This document shows positions 34,718 to 45,345 of a stretch of DNA of 64,000 nt, one piece after another. The first letter of the stretch is position 1, and the number at the start of each line of letters is the position of its first letter. The stretch lies in NCBI RefSeq assembly GCF_009914755.1, contig NC_060932.1, one strand, 5' to 3'. The stretch is from the human T2T-CHM13v2.0 reference genome, Homo sapiens. Position numbers and translations under genes: made by a program. Under the pieces are notes generated by a model, which was not told the DNA's origin, searched no databases, and was given only the letters and a program-made list of their open reading frames with translations.

Positions 34718-37700
34718 TGAGCAAGATGGCTGACTAGATGTGGACAGGAAGAGCTTCTCCCACCAAGATACCAAATCATCAAGAAGATTAGCACACTCCA
34801 AACAGATCTCCAGAAAGAAGGCACAGAGAGTGAATGGAGGGAGGGTGCAGATGCAAGGCTAAAAGGGGAGGAAGGTAGAAGCCCTGCATGGAGTTGCCAA
34901 GCACCAGGACTCAGTCCTGGCCCAGAGTGGATCCTGGGGAAGAGGTGTGTGAAAGAGGCATGGAGTGGCCCAGTCTCATCATGGACCTCCAGAATCCTAG
35001 CTTCAGGAGATTCCACAACCCCGATGGACATTTAAGCTGGCAGGAAACTGCCCAGAGAGATGGCAGAGACAGAACTCCAGCCTGCATGTAGCTTAGAGAA
35101 TATGGCTTGGGAACAACTATAGTGGAGCACAGTCATTGGTGCTCATCCTCCTAGGCTCACAATACCCCTCTAGTTGGCTTTAGCCTTGATTGACTGACAG
35201 ACCTGAACAGAGCAGGGCTATCTTTCCCATGGGAGGGGGCCAGTCTGATCTGACTGTCCTCATCTGCTGGCTTATCCCAGAGTCCCTGCCTGACTGCACC
35301 TAGTTGCAACACAGCCTCAGCTGCCCAGCCCAGGCACCTGCCAGTGGCCTGCACCATAGCTCTTTCACTGGCAGACCTGCCTAAAGCTGGAGGGCTTCCA
35401 TAGGCAGGCCCTCACCACCAGCAACCCTCTCCCCATGCTGCTTTTTTGGTGTATACTCACCCCCAGCCGTTCCTTGCTGCTTTGCTAGTGCTCACTCGCC
35501 CACAATCTCCCCTGGCTGCCACTGGCATGAATGTGTACATGGGACCAGCCACTGCCCCACCACTGCCCTGCTGAAGCATGCTTGCCAGCATTGCCCATGA
35601 CAGTATTGTTACCAATGGACTGGGGACACCTTGGCTCCTCCAACACAGCAGGTGCTTAACCTCGAGAGGCCAGAGAGAAAAAATATGCAGGCCTGGTCCC
35701 AGACTACCACAGTTAGTGCACACAGCCCAAGAGTGCTGAGCTAAGCCTTGGACCCCTGAAATCAATGAGAAATTAAGCCAATTAACTAAGCCCAAACTAT
35801 ACCACAGTCAAAAGCATCAAAGAATCCCACCCAAAATACAGTAATTTTAAACATTAAAGGAACATCAACCCATTCACATGAGAAAAAATAAGCATAAGAA
35901 CTCTGGTGACACTAAAAGCCAGTCTTCTTACCTCCAAAGGAGTGCCCTAACTTCCCAGCAATGGTTCTTAACCATGCTAAAATGGCTAAAATGGCAGACG
36001 TCAAATTCAGAATCTGGATGATAATGATTATCATCAAGTTTCAGGAGAAAGTTGAAACCCAATCCAAGGAATCTAAAAAATCCAATAAAATTTATATAAG
36101 AGCTGAAAGATGAAATGGCTATTTTAAGAAAGAACAAAAGTAATCTCCTAGAGCTGAAAAACTCACTATAAGAATTTCATAATATAATCAGAAGTATTAA
36201 CAGCAGAATATACAAAGATGATGAAAGAATCTCAGAGCTTGAATACTGGTTCTTCAAACCAACTCAGACAAAAGTAAAGTGAAAAGAATTTTTAAAAGTG
36301 AATGAAACCTTGGGAAAATGAGGGATTATGTAAAGAGACCAAACCTATGACTCATTGGCATCGCAGAAAGAGAGGGAGCAAGCAACTTTGAAAACATATT
36401 TGAGGATATTGTCCATAAAATTTCCCCAACCTTACTAGAAAGGTCAATATACAAATTCAGAAAATCCAGAAAACTGCGAGATGCTATACAAGATGACCAT
36501 TCAAAATTAGTTATAGACACATAGTCATCAGATTCTCCAAGGTCAACATGAAAAAAAAAAGTAAAGGCAGCTAGAGAGAAGAGGTAGATAATGTAGAAAA
36601 GGATCTCCATCAGACTACCAGCAGAACTCTCAGCAAAAGCCTTACAAGACAGAAGAGATTGAAAGCATATATTCAGCATCTTTAAAGAAAAGAAATTCCA
36701 GCCAAGAATTTTATATCTAGCAAAGCTAAGCTTCGTAAATGAAGGATAAATAAAATCCTTTTCAGACCAGCAAACACTAAGGGAACTTGTTAACAAATCT
36801 GTAACCAATTATCTTAGTGTTTGCTGATCTGAAAAAGATTTTCTTTTCACATCAGCCTTACTAGAAGTCCTTAAGGGAGTGCTAAACATAGAAAAAAAAA
36901 ACACTCACCAACCACAAAAAAAAAAAAAAACATACTTAAGCACATAGCGCACTGACACTACAACAACTACACAATAAAGTCTACATAATAACTAGCTAAC
37001 ATAAGATAACACAATTAAATCCTTACATATGAATATTAACCTTGAACATAAACAGGCTAAATGCCCCACTTAAAAGGCACAGAGTGGCAAGATGGATAAA
37101 GAAGCAAGAAGACCAAACTGTATGCTGTCTTCAAGAGACCCATCTCACATGCAATGACGCCACAGATTCAAAGTGAAGAAATGGAGAAAGATCTATCAAG
37201 CAAACAGAAAACAACAGAAAAGAGCAGAGGTTGCTATTCTTATTTCAGAGAAAACAGACTCTAAACCAACAACAATAAAAAATGACAAAGAATGGTGTTA
37301 CATAATGATAAAGGGTTCAACTCAACAAGAAGACTTAACTATACTAAATACATATGCACCCAACATTGGAGCACCAGACTCATAAAAAAAGTTCTTAGAG
37401 ACCTACAAAGACAATTAAATAGCCACACAATAATAATAGGAATCTTTAACCCCCTACTGATAGTATTAGACATATCATCAAGGCAGGAAACTAACAATGA
37501 TATTCAGAACCCAAACTCGACACTTTACCAAAGTGACCTAACAGACATCTACAGAACATTCCACCCAACAATAACAGAATATACATTATTCTTATCAGCA
37601 CATGGCAACTACTCTAAGATCAACCACACATTTGGCCATAAGGCAATTCTCAACAAATTTTTAAAAATAAAATCATATCCATGTTCTCAGACCACAGCAC

Positions 37701-40700
37701 AATTAAAAATAATAATATCAAGAAGATATCTCAAAACCATGCAATTACATGGAAATCAAACAATTTGCTCTTGAGTAACTTTTGGGTAAAGAATGAAATT
37801 AAGACAGAAATCAATGTTTTGAAACTAATGAAAACAAAGATACAACATACCAGAATCTCTGAGATACAGCTAAAGCAGTGTTAGAAAGTTAATAGTGCTA
37901 AACACCTACATCAAGTTACAGAAAGGTCTCAAATTAACAACCTAACATCACACCTAGGGGAACCAGAAAAACAAGAGCAAATGAACTCCAAAGCTAGCAA
38001 AAGAAAAGAAATAACCATAATTGAGATTCAGTGAATGAAATCAAGATACAAAAATATATACAAAAGATCAACAAAACCAAAATCTGGTTCTTTGAAAAAA
38101 TAAGTAATAGTGATAGACCTCTAACTGGACTAATAAAGAAAAAAGGGAGAAGATACACATAATCATAATTAGAAATGGCAAAGGGGACACTACCACTGAC
38201 CCAACAGGAATACAGAAAAAAAGAAAAAACACTCAGAGACTATTACAAACACCTCTATGCATGCAAACTAGAAAACCTACAAGAAATTGATAAAATTCCT
38301 GGAAACATAAAATTTCCCAAAACTGAACCAGGAAGAAATTGAACACCTCAAGAGACTAATAATGCATTCCAAAACTGAATCAATAATAAAAAATCTATCA
38401 ATCATAAAAAGCCCTGGATCAGAGAGATTCACAGTCAAAATTTACCACATATAGACAGTACAGGTGATACCAAAACTACTGAAATATTTTCAAAACATCA
38501 AGGAGTAGGGACTCCTCTCTAACTCACTCTATGAGGCCAGCATCATTCTATTAATAACACCAAAACTGGGCAGAGACACAACAGAAAAAGAAAACAGTCC
38601 ACTATCCTTGATGAATGTAGATGTAAAACTCCTACCAAATCAAATCCACCAGCACATCAAAAAGCTAACCCACCAAGATCAGTAGGCTTTTTTTCCTAGG
38701 ATGACAAGTTGTTTCAACATACACAAACCAATAAATGAGATTCATCACATAAACAGAACTAAAAACAAAAAACACATGATCATCTCAATAGGCACAGAAA
38801 AGGCTTTCAACGAAATTCAACATCCCTTTATATTAAAAGCCCTAAACAAACTAGGAATTAAAGGAGCATACCTCAAAATAACAAGAGATGTCTAAGGCAA
38901 ACCTACAAGCCAACATAATTCTGAATGGGCAAAAGCTGGAAGCATTCCCCTTGAGCACTGGAACCACACAAGGCTGCCAAATCTCACCACAACTATTTAA
39001 CATAGTGCTCAAAGTACTAGCCAGAGCAATAAGGCAAGAGAAAGAAATAAAAGACATCCAGGCTGGGTGCAGTGGCTCACGCCTGTAATCCCAGCACTTT
39101 GGGAGGCAGAGGCAGACAGATCATGAGGTCAGGAGATTGAGACCATCCTGGCTAACACGGTGAAACCCTGTCTCTAGTAAAAATACAAAAAAAATTAGCC
39201 AGGCATGGTGGCAGGCAACTGTAGTCCCAGCTACTCAGGAGGCTGAGGCAGGAGAATGGCATGAACTGGGGAGGCAGAGCTTGCAGTGAGCCACGATTGC
39301 ACCACTGCATTCCAGCCAGGGCAACAGAGCGAGACTCTGTCAAAAAAAAATATATATCTAAATAGGGAAAAGGTAAGACAAACTATCTGTTTTCACAGAT
39401 GATATGGTTTTACACCTATAAAATCCCGTAGTCTCTGTATAGAAGCTCTTAGAACTGACAATTTCAGTATGGTTTCAAGATACAAAAGTCAATGTACAAA
39501 ATCAGCATTTCTATACATAATTAATGTCTAAGCTGAGAACCAAATAAAAAATGCAATCCCATTCACAATAGTCACAAATATAATAAAACACCTAAGAATA
39601 CAGCTAACCAGGGATGTCAAAGAACTCTACAGCAAGAATTACAAAAACTGCTGAAAAAAGTCAGAAATGACACAAACAAATAGAAAAACATTCCATGCTT
39701 ATGGATAGGAAGAATAAACATTGTTAAAATGTCCATACTGTCCAAAGAAATTTACAGATTCAATGCTATTTTTATCAAACTACCAATATCATTTTCATAG
39801 AATTAGAAAAAACTATTCCAAAATTAATATGAAACTGAAAGAGCCTGAATAGCCAAAACAATACTAAGGAAAAAGAAAAAAGCTAGAGGCATTACATTAC
39901 CCAATTGCAAACTGCACTACAAGGCTACAGAAACCAAAACAGCATGGTATGTGTACAAAAACAAACACATAGACCAATGGAACAGAACAGGTTAGAGAAC
40001 TCAGAAATAAAGCCACACAACTACAAAGTCAACAATAACAAGCAATGGAAAAGGTCTCCCTATTCAATGAATTGTGCTGGGATAACTGGCTAGCCATAAG
40101 CAGAAGATTAAAACTGGACTCCCCCTTTCACCATACACAAAAAAGTCAACACAAAATGGATTAAAGACTTAAACATAAAACCTGAAATCATAAAAACCCT
40201 AGAAGAAAACCTAGGAAATACCATTCTGGACATCCACCTTCACAAAGATTTTATGATGATGACTCTAAAAGCAATTATAACAAAAACTAAAATAGGCAAG
40301 TGGGACCTCACTAAACTAAAAAGCTACTGCACAGCAAAGGAAATTATTAATAGATTAAACAGAAAACCTACAGAATTGGAGAGAATATTTGCAAACTATT
40401 TGTCTAATAAGGGTCTAATATCTAGAACCCATAATAAACTTTAACCAACAAGCAAAAGACAAATAACCCCATTTTTAAAAAGCCAAAGGACATGAACAGA
40501 CACTTCTCAAAATAAGACATACCTGCAGCCAACTAGCATATGAAAAAATGCTCAACATCACTAATCACTAGAGAAATTCAAATCAAAACTACAATATCAT
40601 CTCACACCAGTCAGAATGGCTACAATTAAAAAGTCAAAAAATAACAGAAAAAGGAATGTTTATACACTGCTGATGGTAATATAAGTTAGTTCAGCCACTG

Positions 40701-41316
40701 TAGAAAGCAGTTTGGGTTACAGATTTCTGAAAAAAACAAAAACAAAAACAAAAACAAAAAGCTATCATTCAACCCAGCAATTGTATTATTGGGTGTATAT
40801 CCAATTGAATATAAATTGTTCTACTGTAAAGACACATATACTCATATGTTCACTGCAGCACTTTTCATAATAGCAAAAAGACATGTAATTTACATACATA
40901 TCCATTAACAGTGGACTGAATAAAGAAAATGTGGTCAATATACACCATGGAATACGATGCAATCATAAAAGAGAATGAAATCATGTTCTTTGCCGCCAAC
41001 ATGGATGCACCTGGAGGCCATTATCCTAAGCAAATTAACACAAGAACAGAAAACCACAGACCACATGTTCTTACTTATAAGTGGGAGTTAAACACTGAGT
41101 ACACATGTACAATAATAGGGAAACAACAGACACCAGGGCTTACATGAGGGTAGAGAGTGGGAGGGGGGTGAGGATTGAAAATCTACCTTTTGAGTACTAT
41201 GCTCAGTATCTGAGTGATGAAATAATTTGTAAGCCAAACCCAGACAAGGGGCAACTTACCTATGTAAAAAATCTGTACTTTTACCCTTTGAACCTAAAAT
41301 AAAAGTTAGCGGAAAA
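34718..41316 (+). mobile_element. Near full-length old LINE-1 (L1PA15/16-like), decayed
   Basis: 5' end 'gagcaagatggctgactaga', GC-rich 5' UTR, broken ORF1 (about 36.0-37.0 kb) and ORF2 (about 37.0-41.0 kb; [21 protein letters not shown]), 3' end 'gaacctaaaataaaagtt'. Degenerate TSD aaagattttacttt (34704-34717) / aaagcctttgcttt (41317-41330), within an L2-like host. Confidence 0.93.
39061..39350 (+). mobile_element. AluY-like element inside the old L1 ORF2
   Basis: 'accatcctggctaacacggtgaaaccc', 'gaatggcatgaac', 'gagcttgcagtgag'; L1 ORF2 resumes at about 39361. Confidence 0.95.
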
Positions 41317-41343
41317 AAAGCCTTTGCTTTCTACTTAGGGAGA

Positions 41344-42445
41344 TATCGGGGAAAATTCAGCCAGATATCGGGCGAAATTCACCCCCGATATTTCACATGG
41401 GTTCTTTTCTATTTTCCCTAAGCATCAGCCAGGTTGAGAAATAAAGGGACAGAGTACAAAAGAGAGAAATTTTAAAGCTGGGTGTCTGGGGGAGACATCA
41501 CATGTCGGTAGGTTCCGTGATGCCCCACAAGCCGCAAAACCAGCAAGTTTTTATTAGTGATTTTCAAAGGGGAGGGAGTGTATGAATAGGGTGTGGGTCA
41601 CAGAGATCATCAGCTTCACAAGATAATAGAATATCACAAGGCAAATGGAGGCAGGGCGGGATCACAGGACCACAGGGCCAGGGCAAAATTAAAATTGCTA
41701 ATGAAGTTTCGGGCACACATTTTCATTGATAACATCTTATCAGGAGACAGGGTTTGAGAGCAGACAACCTATCTGACCAAAATTTATTAGGTGGGAATTT
41801 TCTCATCCTAATAAACCTGGGAGCACTATGGGAGACTGGGGCTTATTTCATCCCTACAGCTCGACCATAAAAGACGGCTGCACCCCAGGGGGCCATTTTA
41901 GAGGCCTACCCTCAGGGGTGCATTCTCTTTCTCAGGGATGTTCCTTGCTGAGAAAAAGAATTCAGCCATATTTCTCCCATTTGCTTTTGAAAGAAGAGAA
42001 ATATGGCTGTGTTCTGCCCAGCTCACCAGCGGTTGGAGTTTAAGGTTTTCTCTCTTGCCTGAACATTGCTGTTATCATGTTCTTTTTTTCAAGGTGCCCA
42101 GATTTCATATTGTTCAAACACACATGCTCTACAAACAATTTGTGCAGTTAACGCAATCATCACAGGGTCCTGAGGCGACATACATCCTCCTCAGCTTATG
42201 AGATGACAGGATTAAGATATTAAAGACAGGCATAGGAAATCACAAGGGTATTGATTGGGGAAGTGATAAGTGTCCATGAAATCTTCACAATTTATGTTCA
42301 GAGATTGCAGTAAAGAGAGGCGTAAGAAATTATAAAAGTATTAATTTGGGGAACTAATAAATGTCCATGACATCTTCACAATTTATGTTCTTCTGCCATG
42401 GCTTCAGCCGGTCCCTCCGTTCGAGGTCCCTGACTTCCCACAACA
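41344..42445 (-). mobile_element. MER11 (HERV-K11/HML-8) solo LTR, MER11B/C-like
   Basis: Right end 'ggtccctgacttcccacaaca' is the reverse complement of the MER11 start; left end 'tatcggggaaaattcagccagatatcgggcgaaattcacccccgata'; about 1.1 kb; 6-bp TSD gggaga/gtgaga (5/6 match). Confidence 0.93.
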
Positions 42446-43898
42446 GTGAGAAAGACATGTAGATGTATATATCTTCAATACCTTCTTAGATTCTAGCACA
42501 AAGATCTGCACAAATGGGTATCTACTTTAAAATTTACCCTTGACAAAGTAGTTTCTTAGTGCTAAATGTCAGACTAAGCAATTTCTATGCATTATCTCAA
42601 TGAATATTTACAACTTCCCAGTGCTCTCCCTATTTTAACACTAGAAAATTATGGCTCTGTCAGGTTATGTGGTTTGTTCAAGGATCCACAATTAGGAAGC
42701 AATGACATTAGAATTCAAATTCAGATGTGCCTTACCCCAAAACTCTTGTCCATTCCACTAGATTTTAGTGCCTCTACTTATTGGATACTTAGTTGTTGTC
42801 TCAATAAATAAACTGATGGGTAAAATAACACTATGAGGAGTAGGGAAAACTTTCAGGATTCCATTTTGTCTTTGCTTTCTAAAATTACAAACCATGACAT
42901 TTTTTGAACCATCCATCACATTGAATTTTATGAATATTGTTCATTCCTCAGGTTGCTATTCAAAGTACATTACAGTGCATTGCTACCATTTAGCCTTTGT
43001 AAGGCTCAATGAGCCAGCCAACTCCATTGATTATCTGTCACTTCAGAATATGTCTGTCACAAATTCATCCCAAAGCCATGTTGGGCCAACCACATGGTCA
43101 TCCTTATCTTTGACTTAATTTCACCATTCATAATAAGAGCTACCATAATGTGTACAAGCATTATATATTTTAAAAGTAATAAGAGCTGGCATTGAGTGGG
43201 TGTTCACTTGTTGCCATGAACTCTCCTGAGTATTATATACATGGATACATTTGATCCTTACAGCAGCCTTTGATGTGGGTAAGATTGCTCAGTATCACAG
43301 ATGGAAAAGACTCAGAGCACTAGCAATCTGACCAAAGTTCAAACAGAGCAAATAAGAAGCAGGACCAGATCTCAAAGAGCATAGCTTTCAGGCCACAAGC
43401 ATTTGCTTGGAAACATCATGTGTAGTTGGTGAAAAGGTAAATATTATTCTGAGTAAGGCTTCTCACCAATAAGATGCGGTTGCGAAGGGAGTGGGGACAG
43501 AACCTCCTTATGTATTCATAAAACTGTCCAGAGAGAAAGCACCTCTGGCTCTTGAAGGTGTGGTCTCTATAGTGGCCATTCCAGAATCCTATTGTTCAGA
43601 GCAGCTCCTCTCATTGGCTTAAATGAACATTCCATTTGGAATGATTCTAGTGTAATGGAGAAGAAAGAGTGTGCTAAGCCTCATTCACCCTCTTCAGAGT
43701 AGAATGAATACAGACAGGCTTGGCTTTTCATCCTGGCTTCAACTCTTACTCAGTGTAGATACCATGCTTTCTCCTGAACTTTGGTCAAACAATTGTTGGT
43801 CAGGTACTGTCCTAGGTGCTGAAGTCACATAAAAGAATGAGGCTCGGTTTACACCAGCAAAAAGTTCACAGGAACTGGAGAATATAAATATACTATGG

Positions 43899-43998
43899 GG
43901 TCTGTCGTGGAGGCTCATGCCTGTAATCTCAGCACTTTGGGAGGCCAAGGCGGGCAGATCACCTGAAGTCAGGAGTTCGAGACCAGCCAGGCCAACAT
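43899..43998 (+). mobile_element. 3'-truncated Alu left arm (100 bp)
   Basis: Alu 5' sequence ends abruptly at 'ggccaacat'. Confidence 0.92.
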
Positions 43999-44006
43999 AT
44001 ATATAC

Positions 44007-44049
<43 letters not shown>

Positions 44050-44110
44050 CACACACACACACATATATAAAATATGTTTTATGTATGTTTTATATATATA
44101 TATACACATA

Positions 44111-44142
<32 letters not shown>
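43997..44142. repeat. Compound (TA)/(CA)/(TG) microsatellite
   Basis: CA runs on the left, a TG run on the right, TA runs between and at both ends. Confidence 0.92.
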
Positions 44143-44244
44143 ATGCTAAGCACAACCAGAAAAAACTCTAAGCCTCAAGTTGTACATCAAAATATTGTAC
44201 CAAGGAAGACTACATCAAACTTCATTTGTAATCTGGTAAGCACA

Positions 44245-45345
44245 AAATAACATCATAATATGGCACTTCATACTGACCAGAATGGCTAAGCTAAAATATA
44301 AAAGCAGAGATTACCAAGTGTGGATGTGGATGTGAAATGACTGAAATTTTTGTATATTGCTGGAGAAGTGTAAATTGGTATGGCTACTTTGGAAAACTAT
44401 TTAGCAATATCTACTAAAACTAAGCATGCATGTACCTCATTACACAACTGTGCCATTCTTGGTGATATACTCAACTATATACACATATGTATACTATATA
44501 TGTATAATATATGTATACATATATATAATGTGTATATATATACATTAAAAGACATGTATGAGAATGCTATTATCATTTTTATCATAATCTAATACTATAA
44601 TTTATACAAATCTCATTAGAATGGGTAATTGAATTGTGGTATAGTCATACTTTAAAACACTTCATGGCAAAGAGAATAAAATACTATTCTATTAAGACAG
44701 GATTAAGATATTATTATTCTATTAAGAATCTATTAAGAGTAGACCTAAACACATATTCCTTGACCTATGAGACACGAATTATGATATCTACCTTTTAAAA
44801 TATTTAAAAATTTTTTACATGGCACTGAATTTTGAGATATGGCTTTTAACTCGATTTCTCCAAAAATTCCTATTTTCTTATCCTGAAATGAAAACTATCT
44901 TCCCAAGATACAAATGAAGTTTTCTGAACCTTGACTTATGAGACAAGAATTATGATATAATAGAATAAAATACTATTCTATATGGCAATTTGGATTAATT
45001 GCATAATAATGTTTGAGCAAAAGAAGCCAAACAGAAAAAATATATACTGTCTGATCCTGTTTGTATAAACCTGTTCAAAAATAGTCAAAACTAACCTATG
45101 GTGTTATAACTCAGGATTGTAAATACCTTTGGTAGTGGGGAAGAGGGAGTGATTATGTGTAGACAGGAACAAAAGGGAGTTTTGGGGGTGTAGGTGATAT
45201 TCTGTTTCTTGATCTGGGTGCTAGTTAAACTGAATCTTTGAGTTGGAAGAAATTCATCAAGATTATATATATATATATATAATATTTATGCATTCTACAA
45301 ATATATATATATGCATTCTACAAATGTATATTTTAATAAAATACT
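44245..45345 (+). mobile_element. Old L1M (L1MC/ME-like) 3' fragment
   Basis: 'gtaaattggtatggctactttggaaaactatttagcaatatctactaaaactaa', 'gagcaaaagaagccaaacaga', 'tattctgtttcttgatctgggtgctagtta'; interrupted at 44693-44961. Confidence 0.8.
44693..44961 (+). repeat. Locally templated insertion duplicating 45338-45505 and 45669-45692
   Basis: 44797-44958 aligns to 45338-45498 with about 21 differences counted by eye; flanked by a perfect 20-bp direct repeat. Confidence 0.9.

Noticed and set aside
44690-44960. CRISPR-like repeat-spacer array (recurring ATTAAGA and ccttgac.tatgagaca)
   Set aside because: Spacing is irregular, the longer unit has only 2-3 copies, the context is mammalian and there are no cas genes; templated insertion explains it better.
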